A DNA stretch of 64,000 nt, from NCBI RefSeq assembly GCF_009914755.1, contig NC_060941.1. One strand, written 5' to 3'. This document shows, one piece after another, positions 26,161 to 43,517 of the stretch. A model generated the notes under the pieces. It did not search any database. It was given only the letters and a program-made list of their open reading frames with translations, and was not told the origin of the DNA. The position numbers and the translations under genes were made by a program. Numbering within the stretch: position 1 is the first letter of the stretch; each line of letters opens with the position of its first letter. The stretch comes from the human T2T-CHM13v2.0 reference genome, Homo sapiens.

Positions 26161-27144
26161 TATTCACTGATGTTTTATCCTCAACTCCTAAACAGAGTAG
26201 ATGCTTAAATAATATTCAAATGAATGAAAGAAGGAACAAAGCAAGTTACTAAGAAAACTGCCAAGGCCTAGTGCAGTTTGACACTCAGAGCCCAGTAGGA
26301 CCCATTGAGTAGTTTTCCGATGTTGGAAATAACACCAGTGGATCTGGGCTCGATCCTCCTTAGTCGCATGCGTGTGTGTTTTCTTCTTTTGTATCAGCCA
26401 GGATAATGCAGGGTGTGTTCCAGGCCTCTGTGATTAAGGTTTCAGTAACACTCTGATGTCATTTTACAAAACAAAACTACCTTTGATGGAAACAGCTTAT
26501 TGTGTCTTTAGCTTTTGTTGTTTTTATTATTTACATCTCTTGACTTTGTTTTTTGGTCAAATATGCCAGAGACATGAAACCATATACCTCAACAAAGTCC
26601 TGTAAGTTAGATACTCAGCTTTGTTTACACTTCAGGTAGTTTTTTTTTCTTAAAATAGAAATTTTATTTTTGGGAATTTTTGTGAGTTTCGTGATTCACA
26701 TACTGCTGTGAGTTACTGCTTGGACTGCTAGGTTGGGAGGCTGTAGACCTGGGTCTGCCGTGAACTGCTTTTGTGACCCAGCGTCCTGAGCCCCAGTTTT
26801 CTTGTTTGTGGAAACAAGGTGAGGGAATTGGACTGGCTGATTTCTTCTGAAGTCTCTTTCAATTCTTTAATTCTGTCTCTCATGGGCCAAACTCACAGAG
26901 ATAGTAATTTAAGTTCATAGCACATACGTGCCATATTTTAGCTGATAAGGCATGCTGCACCTTGTACATAAGATACACGTAGGTACTGTGGCCCTTCAAT
27001 CACGAGTCAGCCTCATGGCTTCCTGTCGTGTGGTTGTGGACTGTGGAGCCACCAGCCTTCCTGCTTGACTCTCTGGTGACTGCCAGCATGATGAGTGGGG
27101 CCACCTGCACTTATATAGCTATCTCCATGCCATGGAAACTCATC

Positions 27145-27332
27145 CTTTTGGGGGTTCAGCTTCAGGGGGTGCAGTGGTTTTAGGTTACATGGATGAATTG
27201 TAGAGTGGTGAAGTCTGGGATTTTAGTGTACCCATTTCCCAAGTAGTGAACATTGTACTCCAATATGTAGTTTTTCATTCCTCACCTCCCTCCCACTGTC
27301 CCTTCTCCTGAGTCTCCACTGTCCATTATACC
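27145..27332 (-). mobile_element. L1PB/L1MA 3' end fragment
   Basis: GGTTACATGGATGAATTGTAGAGTGGTGAAGTCTGGGATTTTAGTGTACCCAT. Confidence 0.7.
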
Positions 27333-27524
27333 AGAACTGTAGATTTTATTGCCAGAGTTTGAAGCTGGTGCCCTTGGGCTTTGGAGACGATTTGGTTTAA
27401 ATCCTGAGTGCTATGATGCTAGTTGTGTTCATTGATTGGACTCTGTATGTTGAACCTTAATTTCTGTCATCCATCAAATGAGGGCAACAGCTTCTCTCTG
27501 AATGTTTTTGAGGGTTAAATGTTA

Positions 27525-27749
<225 letters not shown>

Positions 27750-27999
27750 TTATATCCATGGCCCTGGGGTTGCAGGAGCAGGGATTCACTGTCTGCAGAA
27801 CACCAGCAAGGAGAAGCCCCCATCTTTTGGAGTTGCTGAGGCAGATAGTGAGCCTGAATGTGTACGACCTCTGGTAACTGTGCTGCAGGTGGGAACAACC
27901 CATTGTTTACGTTTATAAGATGCTAGCTCAATAAAGTTACATGAGTCTCGGCACTGGAGATTTGTGTTAAGGACCAACTATGATTTAAAAATAATTTGG

Positions 28000-28420
28000 C
28001 CCCAGGATGTTAATTGCAGCATTATTTTATACTGATGACGAATTACAAATCACCTAAATATCCAGTATCCTATACCTACAACCTTGGGATAGTGTGTAAG
28101 TAAAAGTAAAACTGGAGCACATTTAGACCTATGGCACTTAAAAACAGCAAACATTTGCTATAAAGAATTACTACTTGAGAAGATATTAATGATGAACCAC
28201 TAACAGGCAACAAAACAGGTTACCAAACAGTATGACCCCAGTTAATTATTATAAATGAAATAAGTGGAGGGAAAGTGAAGGAAATGCATACAGTTGTTAA
28301 AGGTGAGTGGTTTGTCCACCATCAGTGGATAGTGGCCTAATACTTAACTTATTTTCCTTTTTTCTTTCCCAATTTTTCAATAAACCTACATGTCTCGTGT
28401 TGGGGGGAAAATCATGTCAT
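28000..28420 (+). mobile_element. Old L1M 3' fragment
   Basis: GGATGTTAATTGCAGCATTATTT...CACCTAAATATCCA motifs. Confidence 0.5.
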
Positions 28421-28774
28421 CCACAAAAAAATATTTTGGCTGGATTTTCAGTACTTCAAAATGTGACAGACATTTCTCCCATGTTATTTTTGTGCCCACT
28501 GCCAAGTTTTAACCATTTCATTGCGCAGGCCTTGTCCCTGGCTTAATGTGGTTATCTGCTCATGTGATGTGGTTTGAGTCTACAGGTAAAAAAATAGATT
28601 TTTTTTTTCAAGTGTGTGAACTAGGAACTTGAGAATGATGAGGGAGAAAATGGAAAATTCACATAGCAACTCATCAACAGGTTTTTTGAAGTGAAATTAT
28701 GTGCTCTTAAAAATAATCTAAAACCAGGAAAGAGCACGTTAGAGCCTATCAGCTCAGTTGTGAGGTAGAAATCA

Positions 28775-29327
<553 letters not shown>

Positions 29328-29709
29328 GTGACCCCCTCCAACGTTTAGTGTCCATTGTAATAATGCGTCTACAAAAATAGACCTTTTGAAGGAAGAGATA
29401 AGGAAAGCTCTATTTTCTTCCTGCAGCTCTCTTTGAGGGCCTCTGGATGGGAATTCCTAGATGGAGAACTCCCTGTGTTGCAGTGGTGGAGGGTGGGGAG
29501 CTGGGGATGTGTCTCTCTTGTATCTGCAGTGCCAGGTTTAGAGGAGGCTGACTTGGGGTGTGAGAAATATTTGCTGGAAGCAGACAGAGAGCAGTGAGGT
29601 GCCAGTGACCTTGGTCAGTCCCAGTGTTGGAGGCTCCAGTGGGGAGCCGCCCTTCCTTCGAGGAGGGTTCTGTCCTTTTCACAGATTTCAGAGAGTGATA
29701 ATAATACTT

Positions 29710-29996
<287 letters not shown>

Positions 29997-32556
29997 CCCG
30001 TTGTTATTTATTTAGTGAACATTTATTGAGTACCTAGTGTATGCCAGGCATTCTGACACATGTCATGGGTACAGAAGGAGGAGCCCTGATCCCCAGCATA
30101 CACACAATTCCTATCCAGTGTGATGGGGAGGTCCCTGGGGAGCTTGAGGTCCTGCGAGGGAGGGAGGGCGGGCAGGTGCACAGAGAGGGAAACAGCCTGC
30201 CTGCCTTGGGGCTAGGGGTCAGGATCTGCCTCTCAGAGGAGCCGAAGCTTGAACCTTCTTGATCAGAAGAGCACGGAGGATGCTCCAGGCAGGGGATTAA
30301 CCGGGGAGCTGCGCAGTGTTCGTAGTGGCTGCAGTGTGCAGGGAGTGGTACATCAAATCTGTAAAATGTGTCTCAGAGCTTTATTAGGAAGTGTATGTGA
30401 ATAGGCTCCTTTACCAACACTGTCCTCCCCACGGAGTTGGGGATGGAAGATTATCCCCACTTTTACAGGTGAGGAGACATCCCAGAGAGGTTAAGACAGT
30501 TTCCCCAAGAGGGTTATTGGTCAAGCCTGGATTGAACCTGGCTTCCTATACCTGGCCCACTTCCCCAGCCTGGCAACACTGCCCCTGCCTAATACAAGAG
30601 AGTCCACCAGCTCTCGGGCCATGGCTGTCTGTCATGGGGGCAAGTATGCCCACCCTGGACTGTTCTCTTCTCTCACATGAGTCATCTCCTGGGTTGTCAG
30701 CCTGGCATGGTGTCCACATGTGGGCTGATGGGTCACCAGGACCCTTGGTCTGAGCTGAGGCAGAGAGGGCAGGGTGATGGGTGGATGCTAGGCTCTTGCT
30801 GTGTTTGGAACTGCTGGGGAGACACTCCCTCTCCCCCACTGTCAATCTGGCTTGCACGCTCCCATTCCTGGAGTTCAGATGGGTGGGGTTGGGAGTCTGG
30901 GAGCAGGAAGTAACAGGCCTGACTGGCCCTCTGCAGACAGAGTAGATTTAGAGGAAGCCCAGAACCTCATGGAGGGGACACAGGGCTATGTCTTTCACAG
31001 TGGGTTTATTATAAATGAAATAAGTGGAGGGAAAGTGAAGGAAATGCATACAGTTGTTAAAGGTGGGTGGTTTGTCCACCATCAGTGCCTAATAGTTAAC
31101 TTATTTTCCTCTTGGTACTTTTTTTTCCTTTCCCAATGTTTCAGTGAACCTACCTGTCTCACGTGTTGGGGGCAAAATCGTGTCATCAATAGGGCTTGTG
31201 CACAGGGCTGTGTCTTGTGTAGTGGGTGGGGAATGGGCCTTGGAGCCAGCCAGACCTCACTTTGCCATTTGCTGGCTCTGTAACCTTGGATGAGTGACTT
31301 AACCCCAAAACCTTGATTTCCTTTTTTGTAAAATGCATCTCTCCCACCCAGGGCTGCTCCCCCGAGGATTGAAAGAGGCTCTGTGTGCAAAGAGCTTAGC
31401 TACAGAGCTGCTATATCTTAATTCATAGTGAGTGTTCTCCAAACGTTAGTTCTTCTAATTAGTCTTCGTGCTTCTTAGTGTGCCTGGCTCACAGTGGGGT
31501 AGGATTTGAAAAGAACGTATGAACTCAGGTTTATGAGTGTTTGTTAAATAAGGAAGTATTAGAATTTGGATTAAGTTGTTTCTGGCCTCCAATACATGAA
31601 GCAGGCATGGTGGATTTTTGCTGCAAGCAAAACCATCCTGCTTTCTTAACTTCCCCTGGCTCTGAGCATTTGTGATTCTTCTGCACAGCCCTTCGAGGAT
31701 TTTCTTTAATGTAAACACACTGACAAGGGTGGTATTTAACAACTGGAGTCTGGTTTGGCTCCGGGTACCCACCGTTGTCTTGGGTCTGGCATCCAAGGCT
31801 GCTGAGCTGGTGAGTCTGGTGCCTGGTTGGCATGAAGGCATCAGGGTAAGTGCTCCCCAACCCCATCCACCCCGCCAAATGTGGTTGTGACTGCAAAGTG
31901 GCCAGTATGTGGAACTCCCTAGTGGGCTTGCTTGGCATCAGTTTGCTGGGAGGATCTCTGCTGAGGACACAGGAGTGGCCATGCAGGCTGACAATGCCTG
32001 GAGAATAAGGATGGGAAGTGGGGGCCCTGGAGCCCGTCCACCCATCTGGGTGTACACAGGCTGGAGGCAGCAGCCCCGGGGATGGGGTAGGGAGGCTTCA
32101 AAGCTCGGAGTGCCAACCTTGACTGTGCCCTGTGACTCCTACCTTGGGATTTGTGGTCCCCTCCCTGAATTCTCCCTGCCCACCTGAGACTGCAGTGGGG
32201 GAGGGAGCTGTAGGAGGCACAAGCAAGGCGGGTGGTTTGGGGTTGGAGTGGCCTGGGAATCCCTGGTTGAGAGAGCAGGCTAGATAACACGGGACTGCAG
32301 GTGGGACACTTGGCCTCTCTTCCCGAGTCTACCACTCACTTGCTGGGCAGCCTTTGACAGGACATTCAGACCCTCTGCGCTGCAGTGTCTTTAGCTGTAA
32401 AATGGGGAAACTGTCGCCTTGGGTACTTTCCTGATCTATGATGCTGAAACACACTGGAGAATTGCCAGTGACCTTATTTTTTTAGATAGGAATGTGGTAA
32501 AAGACACTAGAAAGCTGTAAAAGAATATAGAATGAAAGAGTAAACCTCCCTTATAC

Positions 32557-33512
<956 letters not shown>

Positions 33513-34032
33513 CATACCCAGTCCCACTGCCTCCCAGTGTCCCTGGTCAGAGGCATTCATAACAGCTTTTAGAGATTTTTTGTGCATGTGCACCCATAAA
33601 TGTGCACATGTGTTCCAGCCTTTAAAATTTTTGAATTGTGAAATATCATACATTCAAAACATATATAAAGTTTAAAGAATGATAAACTGAACACCCATGT
33701 ACCCACAACTCAGGTTAAGAAGTGAAATATTCCCAGTCTCTAGACCCCTTCTGTGTTCCACAATCCTTTTACTGAAGTGAGAATATGCTATTTATGCTCT
33801 TTTTACTTTTTTTACTTCTGTCTGGCTCACATGTCTTGTTTTTTTTTTAATAGCTGATAACATTTCCTCTATCTGGATGTACCATTATTAGTAGTAGTTT
33901 TTTTTAAGCAATTTCCTCTTGATAGTTACTTAGGGTGTTTCCAATCTTTTGCTGTTACCAACAATGCTGCAATAATTTTTCTGGCTTCCAAGAACTGACA
34001 TTAATTAGAATGTGCTATGAGAAGTCCTATTA

Positions 34033-34473
<441 letters not shown>

Positions 34474-36593
34474 TCAGCATCTCTGACCTGTCAGTCCTTT
34501 CCAGAGCAATACAGAAACATTTGCAGCACGAAAGCCCTGCATGGCTCTAGTCTCCTAACATGTTGATGTCCTGTGCCACTCTCCCTGTACCTGGGTGGTG
34601 CCAGCATTCCTGTCTGATGCCATGCCTCTCTGGAAGCCCCTGGGGGCCGGGCCCGTGGGAGAGTGTAGGATCCTCATTGGATCCTCAGCTGGGTGTCTGC
34701 CATGGGCGTGCCCACATGCAGGGTGTGGAGAAGTATGCTGATGGGAACTCAGCTGCAGGCTTGGCTCCAAGCAGAGTTCCTTTTCTTTTGATTGTGCAAC
34801 ATCCCTGCGAGGGATCTGGGTCTGCCCTTCTGCTTTTCTTCATCTTCCTGCAGTGGGGAATGAGGCAGGGGGCCTGGTTTGGGGGTTCAAGCCCAGGCCA
34901 CTTGAGCTTTTGAGACGAGGCTCCTTGTTTTTCTTTGCTTGCTCCATCTGCCACTTTCCCTTTTCTCTTCTCTTTTGTTCTTTCTCCTTTTCTCTTTCTT
35001 CATCCCCTCTTTAGACTACAATTCCTGGTAACCCTGGCTCATTCTTCCATCCGTGTGTACAAAAGTTCTGGCTCTTCTCTTTCTCCCCCATCTGAATGAG
35101 ATTTGGGGGCAGTAGAGTGAAAGTCAGAGACAGTGAATTGGAGGTTGGGGCCCTAGCCTGCTTTTGCTTCTTCTCTCCCCTGTGGGGCTGCTCTTCTTGG
35201 TATCCTCACTGCCTCCTCATTCAGGTGTGTGGCTGTGAAATGAGACCAGATCTGCCCAGGAGGAGGTCATGAAGAATCCACAGTAGGGAAGATGGGGGCC
35301 CAGGGGTTGGGAGGTGGCTGGGAGGTCCGCAGGGAGAAAAGGAGGGGCAGCTGCGTTCTCAAAAATGACAGTGTTTCCTTGCTTCACCAATCTGGGCAGA
35401 AAGGGCTGACCCAGAAGCTTGTTGCATACAATTGGTTCAAAGAGGCCAACAGGCCAAGATCTGGAAGCATTGTGTGTGTGCATGTGTGTATACCTGTGTG
35501 TGTGCTCAGACCCTTCACTGGAAGATGGTAAGGTGTCGGGCAAGTGTGTGGACTCTGGGATGGATTGCCCAGGTCCATTCCTCTCTACCTGTTATCAGCA
35601 TCCTGGTGGGACCTTACAGAAATAACTTCTAAGTCTCCGTTTCTGCATTTGTACAAGGGGGCTGTTGAGAGGATCAAATGGGATTATCCTTAAAAAGTTA
35701 AGCATATAGTAAATGTTATGTAAATGCTAGCTATTATATGAGGTGGTTTTGTTGATACTTACTGTAAAAGACCACAGCAGACTATCTCATTTATCATGGA
35801 AAATAAGGTTTTGTTGTAAAATTATGAGAAAGTTATTTTTACATAAAACCATTTTATCTTCCCCATTGTTAAAGAATGAAGATGAACGGAACCTTAGAGT
35901 TCATCCTGTGGTTTTCAAAAACCTTCGCCAGAGCAATCCCCCTTTTTTTCCCGAGTGAAATCTTACATGGAAAGCCAATGTATAAATAAGGTGAAATGGA
36001 AGCTGTACTGGTAGGAGGATCAGGGGTGGGGGTTACAGAATGTAGGCAGCAAAGACCTGGGGGGTCTTCCTGCTGGCTTCCTGAGCCTCATTCTTGTGGT
36101 CCAGGGAGCAGTTTGCAACTCTAATACATAATTGAGTTGTACAAATAGGTACTGCCTTTTTGGACGGTAATTGATAGTATTACCCTTAGGCAGCTGACCC
36201 CTGTAAATTACCATCATTATTGAAATTGAAAATGTATGTTCCTTAGGATTCAGCAATCTCACTTGTGGGACTCTGACACCTATAGAAACGATAGGCTGTA
36301 CACATACAAGCATAAGTACAAGGTTGTTCATTGTGTAAAGGGTTAGAGACACCTAAATGTCCAGTAACAGGGGAAAGGCTGAGTCAATTTTGAACTTGCT
36401 TAGGTAACCATAAAAGGGACAAAGTAGATCTATGGACTGTCTTGGACAGATTTTCGTGATATATTCAAGATGCAGAACAATATATATAGTATGATCCTTC
36501 TTTTAAAAAACCATATGTATATGTATCTATAACTGTGTGTGTATCTATACACACACATACACACATATACACACAGATACACAAAGCACTCTA

Positions 36594-36779
36594 ATTTTTA
36601 TGTTTATTTTTTTAGAGGTGGAGTCTCATTCTGTCGCCCAGGCTGGAGCAAGTATAGTGGCATGATACTAGCTCACGGTAGCCTCAAACTCCTGGGCTCA
36701 AGTGATCCTCTGGCCTTGGTCTCCTGAGTAGGTGGGACTATAGGCTCATGCCACCAATCCTGGCTAATTTTTTGTTAGT

Positions 36780-36823
<44 letters not shown>

Positions 36824-36959
36824 GGGGGTGGGGTAGGGGCGGGGGTGGAATGTCTCGCTTTCTTGCCCAGGCTGGTCTTGAACTCCTGACCTCAAGTGAT
36901 CCTTGTGTCTTGGCCTCCCAAAGTGCTGGGATTACAGGCACGAGCCACTGTGCCTGGCC
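36594..36959 (-). mobile_element. AluJ with a (GT)n microsatellite (about 36781-36822) in its linker
   Basis: Diverged dimer with private variant CTGGAGCAAGTATAGTGG. Confidence 0.9.
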
Positions 36960-39900
36960 ACAAAACACTCTAATGCTCATTACTTTAGGAACCAGCTGGG
37001 AAGGCTACAGACCAAACTCCTAATAGTACTTACTTGGGGGGATAGAGGGGAAACTGGTGTTTTTTACTTTATAGTTTTCCCCTGTCCACAAAGGGTGGTA
37101 CTTTGTGTAATTTATTTCCTAGTTGGTGTTTTCTTTCAAATTAAAAAGGAAGGGAAATAAAAGTATGCTGGTCATCATAGAGGTGAGAAAATGACTCACA
37201 AGGGGGCGGTGGATTTGCCCAGGGTCGCCCAGGTCTGTGTGGGGAAGTGGCCGGCTGTTTAGTGTGTGCAGCAGGAGAGCTCAGGGGCTCCGACTGAAGT
37301 TAGTCTGCTGGGAGGCCCCTTGCTCCTGCCTTGTTTTTGCCCTCACAGGCTGGCTCCAGGGCTACACTCCTGCTATACTCTGCTCACCATCTGTTAAGGG
37401 AGCAGTTGGTAGGCTGTGAGCAGCGCCTGCCTCCCTCCCATGTCTAATTTAACCAGTCACCCTTCTCTCCGTCGGCCTCCACCAAGGCTGTGGGATCATT
37501 CTTTAATTACTTACAGGGGTCAGTCACCTGATGGGACGCCTTTGCTGGAGACAGACGGTACTGACAAGCAGATTAGTTGCACGTTGGGAGGTGGGAGGAG
37601 GGAGGAGACGAGGAGAGTGTGTGTAGCAGATACGAGTGGGTGGCTTCAAAATAGAAATTCATGAAGGCTCTAGGAAAGTAATTTTAAACACTGTTCATTT
37701 AGAGGCTGTGGTTCAGGGGTGAGCAAAGCTGGAGGCAGCCCACCCAGCACATGTTGACCTTGCTTTCCCGTCAGACTTGGGAGGGAGGAAGGCAGGAGTC
37801 TCCTCAACTCACCTTTGCAGAGCTCTGAAACTGGGTCTGTTCAAAGTTACACCTGCTCGTTTCTTGTGCCCGTGAATTCCTTTCTAGGAATGATCAGGCA
37901 TCCATAGGCAAGATCTTCCTCGAGAGTCAATAGACCTGAGCCCAAATGTCAGCTCTGTGTCTGAGCTGCCATGTGACCTTGGACAAGCTGCTTCCCTTCC
38001 CTTGCTTGGGCTGAGTTTCTAACATTCCCAACTCAGGGGATCAAAAGAGGTGAGTCCTGTGGACTTCCACAGCTCTAGAATGTTCTGTGAGTAATATGCC
38101 CCTACTTGCTGTTTGCAGGGAGGCAGCCATGAGTTAGATAAAGCCCCGGAATTCGAGGCATCCATCCCTTCATGCTGGCCACCAAGCAGACCTGTGGATG
38201 TTGACTTGTCTCTTGTCTGCCCATAGATGTTGGCTTGGAATAGGGAGGAGGTGGGACTTATTTTGAGCCCGAGTTCCCCATGTACAAAATGGGGCTAACA
38301 GGATTTGTCTTGCAGGGTAATGAGGATTTGTGAAAACATGGTTGAATTCCTGGCACATGGTAGGTGCTCATTAAATGGTGTTATACACTTAGTACTTGGC
38401 ATTCCCAGCCTTACTTTTTGTCTTTGCTGGAAATATATTCCATGCGGGGAGGGAAATGGGAATGATCTTACTTTATAGATGCCACTTCATAGAAAGCATT
38501 GGCACTGGGATTGCCAGCCTTTCCCAAAGCAGTGTGTGTTCCTTCATCATTCTGCTGATGATGATCATTTATGGAGCAATTTACTATGTGAGGTACATGA
38601 TAACCCCAGTCTCCTTTAATCCTCGTGAAACCCTATGAAGCAATAAGGGACTATTATTATCCACACTTTATACATATAAATGAAGAAAGTGAGGCTTTGT
38701 GAAGTTGAATGATGTTCCCAAGGTCACCCAGTTAGTAAATGCTGAAGCTGGAGTCCTCAGTCTTAGTTATTAATGTAAGCTTGCTTTTCAGGACAGAGAG
38801 GGCTTTGGAGGACCAGGAAGGGCTCCAATTCTGAGGCAAAGGCTGTGAAACACCGGGGTCAGGCAGGAAATCATGCCCTTGAATTCTTTAACAGGGCAGA
38901 TTTTTTAAGTCAGAGACATTAACGATCAGCTCCGTATAATGTTTATGGCCTGTGTGACCCTGCCCCGTGGTGCTCGGTAGACCCCACTGCCCATGTGTGC
39001 CTGATGATTCCATTTCTGTCTTGCTTATTGCAAGTGACCTTGAATTACCTAAAACCCAGGGAAATGTGTTCTTAATCTGCCCTTTTAACAATGCTGATTT
39101 TACCCTTCCAACTCAGATTTAAATAACCTTTCCTTCTGTGTTGTCGTGAGTGTAAAGAAGCAGCATCATGAAAAAGCCCAGCCCTAAACTCTCTGTAATT
39201 ATGGGGTATGGTGGAGAGGGAGGGGCACTGAAAAGGAAATAATGGGGTCGTGAGACCATTGGAAATTGCACTGGTTATATTCAGTAGCAGAGCTGGAGAT
39301 TTTTGCCTGCTGCTGGGAAAAATTTAAAAAGCAAAACAACCTCTGCCTCAGCCTTGGAGGTTTAGCTGTTGAATTTACTCCCTTTAATTTGAGGCACCTG
39401 AGGCTCCCATTTTGTGGTGTGATTGGCTGGACTTTCCACCACTTCTTCCTCTCTCTGGCCAGAGAGAAACTTGGGGACGCTGAGGTGGTTTGTAGCAGCT
39501 GTCATCAATGTCCGCCTTTCATGTCCACAGTGGTTTGGAGCAGAGGCCCAGAAATGCTTGGGGAGTCTCTGTGAATTCAGAAGAAGTCTCCTTCTCCCAC
39601 TCCGCTGTCTGACAGCAGGTTAAAAAAAAAAATTACAAAGAGCTTCCAGGAACAAAAAGTGGAGATGATTTTTTTTATGGCCCTTAAAGACTTGAAATTT
39701 GCAGGAGAAATGCCGTGTGGTTGCGTAATTCTATATGTGGAGTATCTGGAATTATTCCTGGAGAGGCGGGCAAGCACCCAGATTAGAGATGTGTAAAGTG
39801 CAGTTTTGTCTTGCAGTCCAAGCAGGTGAGCATTCAGGCCTGTGGGAAGGAAGGAAGGGAACAGCAGGTGGCAGTAACTGGGAAGCTTGCCTCTGAGTGA

Positions 39901-42900
39901 GATTAACTAGAATGTATTTTTCCGCTGCATTTAAAGAGCCAGTGAAAGGGGCAGATTTACCCAGGGTCACGTGCCTGGTCAGTGCCTTAAATGGACCCAG
40001 GGTGTCAGCCCCCTCTGCCTCGACTTCAACAGAGTTAATGTTTCCCCAGAGACTAATAGAGGGACCGATATTAGGGATTCCGGGGACAAGTACGAACAGG
40101 TCTTTCGATTTACATTTAAAAGCAGTAGAGAGCAGGAAGGAGATTTCTGGCATTTGTGCAGTTTAAAAACCAACTAGACAAAAAATCTTGATGGAGCTGT
40201 TTCCCAATCAGCCTGGCAGTCCTCTCAGCATTGACGTCGTGAGAATGAAAGCTTCTCTGAGAGTGCCATTGGGCGGTGTCCCTTCCAAGTTCTCCAGGAA
40301 GCAAATTTTGGACCCTGGCCGCTGACTCAGTGTGGCCTGCTGGGTGGCTCCCTGTGCCTGGGAGGCGGCCCTGTCAGTGTCCCTGGGCTCAGCCCATAAG
40401 CAAGTGCCCCAGGTGATCCTGCTCCCATTCAGTGACTGGAGAGGCAGAGGGAAGGGGCTCCCGGGCAGTGCGGGTTCCAGGTGGGCACAGCTGGTAAGCC
40501 GGGCGGCTGGGCAGGGCTCTGCTTCAGGTGTGCAGAGTGGGTGTGAGTTCTGCACAGCACAGGAGGTGGTTTCTGCCCTTACCCATTGGGCAGGGAAGGA
40601 AGCTTGAGAAATCAGACTTGATTTTAGCAGGACAGGAGCTTGTGGGCTTCTGAAAGAATGCACGCCTCAGTGGTACAGGGTTCTGGGGGTATATGCAGCG
40701 GCTGCTCCTCTCCTCCTCCCCTGAGCCCTCTAATACTGATCTCGCACTTTCCTGGCCTTGTCCAACATCTTGGGAGGCAGAAAAGCATAGTTTATATGTG
40801 TGCTTGTCTTTATACAAGGCTCTGTGTGTGAGTGTGACTGTGGGTGTTTATTTAACTCAAGAAAAGTCCAAGGGACCCCTCACACAGAGGAGGTGAGGTG
40901 CATTGGACAACCTGGGCCAGGACTTGGAGGACATGTCTGCCCCGATGATGACTTAGGCCCAGTCCCTTAGTATCCTTGGGATATAGCCCCCTGATCTGCC
41001 CCAAAGGTGGAGTTGGGCGACAGGAGGGAGGCTTGGAGATCATTTCTCGTGTCCCTTCCAGCTCTGAAATCTGTGAGCAATGTTGTCCAGTAAGGCTGTC
41101 TCTACCAGGTAACACATGACTGCCAAGTGGGTATTTTAATCACTGTGATTTCAGAATAACAGGGCGAGCTCTCACAGAGCATTCATTGCTTCATCGATCA
41201 TGCAGTCCCTGTGGAACCTGAGTTGATGGCGGGTCTACAGTCAGTTCAGTTTACTTGTAGCTGTCATTGATCAGGTGCAAACATGCTTTTCAAAGCCTGG
41301 AATCATTTTTTTTAAGTTGGATCATATTTGCTTATTATAATTGGTAAAATTTGAGTGTTGCCCCTAGGCTCTCAGAGGGAACAGTTTGGAAAGTGCTTCC
41401 TTCCAAGAAGAGACGAGATGGTACTGCGCATAAGCCTCCTTTAGGGTTGGGTCTTTATGCAGGCAGATAGTAAGTGCTTCTGGAACGTTTTGAGTTCTGC
41501 CCCCTACTCCATGAGCCGCCGCAAGATCTGGCTTGTTGGGACCTCATGGGCCAGTGGTCAGGCCCAGCATTATGAATCTCTTTTGGCCAAGTTCCTGGGA
41601 TAGGCCTGTTTCTTCTTTAATAACTGCAGTGTGAAACAAGTCTTATTTTGAGTAAGAGAGTGAGGCCCCGGGTGGCGTTTTTGTGTTTGCCTAAGGGAGA
41701 TGCCTCATCTCCAGCCACCCAGATGTGACTGGAGAGAGCCATGATGCTGCTTTTGTTTGTCTCTAATTACACTTAATAAGATGGGGGCAAGGGAGGAAGG
41801 CATAAGAGTGCCATAGAAACTCCAATTTCCCCTAAAATTAGAAACCCTGAAACTCATGAGTTGAATAGAAAAACCTAGATAATTTGCCGCCCCCTTTCTC
41901 TATTTTGTTCACCTTGCTGGCTGATTCTGCCTGATTTTAAGTATTTGAAATATGTCTCAGCCAGATTTTCTGGTCCTCTTTCCTCACCTCTCCCCTCCCT
42001 TCCAACAGAAGGGAGGCCCCCATGTGGTCTTCTTGCCTAGCTGGGCCTCCTGTGCCCCAGAGCGAGAATCTGAGAACGCAGGAATTGGGTTGGGACTGTG
42101 GGAAATTTGCATGTGCCATGGTAACCAGCAAGGGGATCCTGGGGGATCTCAGGTTAATGATTAAGCCCTGAGCCTTCATTCAAGCCAGGCAGTGGCAGTG
42201 GCCCTCAGGATTTGCAGCCACCTGCCAAACGCAGGGCCTCTTACTTCTGTTAGCTTTTCAGGCCGAGTGAAGATGGAAACTGTCTTGGAGGGATACCGAG
42301 GGGCTGGCCGTGTGCTAGTGAATTTGCTAGCAGCCACAGCCCTGCCGTGTCCTCCTCTGAGATGAGAGTGTGGGCCAGCAGGTTAGAACTCTGAGGTTCA
42401 GCTTTCATCAATTGCACTCAGTTTTAAAAGCTCACATTTGTCTTTCTTTTTGCGTAAGCAGAAAGCATCCGACCCTTCCTGCTCTGGTGTTTTCTAGGGG
42501 CAGCAGTAAGTGGGCTTTTCCTCCTTCCCTGTTGGGCAGGAGAATGCGGAGCTGCTCATTAAAGTCAGCAGATGAGCAGATATTTGGTCTTCAGCTCTTT
42601 CATTTCCACCTCTTTGCGATATGAGACAGCAGACGTTCCCAAAAAGGGCTTGCGGTTTATGTTATCGGTAACCCATTTCATTCTTCCAGATGGTGAGTGA
42701 AGGACCTTAAACTCCATACAGAGAAACAGAGGCTGAAGCTGGGGAAGATTGAATAACCAGTGCCAGGGTGGGCTTCATCCTCTTATCGTGGGACCAGCTG
42801 TCCCAGTGACTTTCACTTGTCGGTACTGCAGTCCTTTCTGGAAAATGTCCTGGGACAAGGATGGTGCCCAGATGTGGCTGCATTAATTACTGTAAACCCC

Positions 42901-43517
42901 ATAATGAAGAAGATGTCTCCTTACAGCCCCCTTTCAGTCCTTGAATGGCCTCTAGGAGAAAGTCTGAATGTGACCTCCCTTTCTAAAAAGCAAGGAGTGG
43001 GACCAGGAGGAAACAGGCCGCAGGATCCCGGCCTTCTGCAGGCAGTGGGGCCCCAAATATATAATAATGTTGTTTTGTTTCAGTTATGCTTGTTTTTATG
43101 GAAATCTTCTGTATGGCACAGATACTAGTGTCTCCTTTATGGCAATGAGATAGTTTCTTTTTTAAAAAGTGAGTAGATTTAAGAGAAAATATTAAATAAT
43201 AGTACTGGTGGCATATGCCAGACTTGATGAACAGCCCATGTTTGAGAAACCCTGTTTGGCTGCAGCAACACATGTGCAGCAAGGAGGGCCAGCAGTATTG
43301 GTGAGGAAGCTCCAGGAGTGACTGAGAAAGAGATCTTACTGGAAAGTCTGGCAGAGTCAGTGCGTGCACAGCAAGACCGTCACGGTGGCAGTTTCTTTCC
43401 GGGATGGGCAGGCAGGTTTGTACAGGTTTTGCTGCAAAAATGAGGAGTGTGTGTGCATGTGCATACTGTTTTTTCCTTCAGTAGCAGTAATATTTTACCC
43501 TTAAAAATGCCTCTTGA

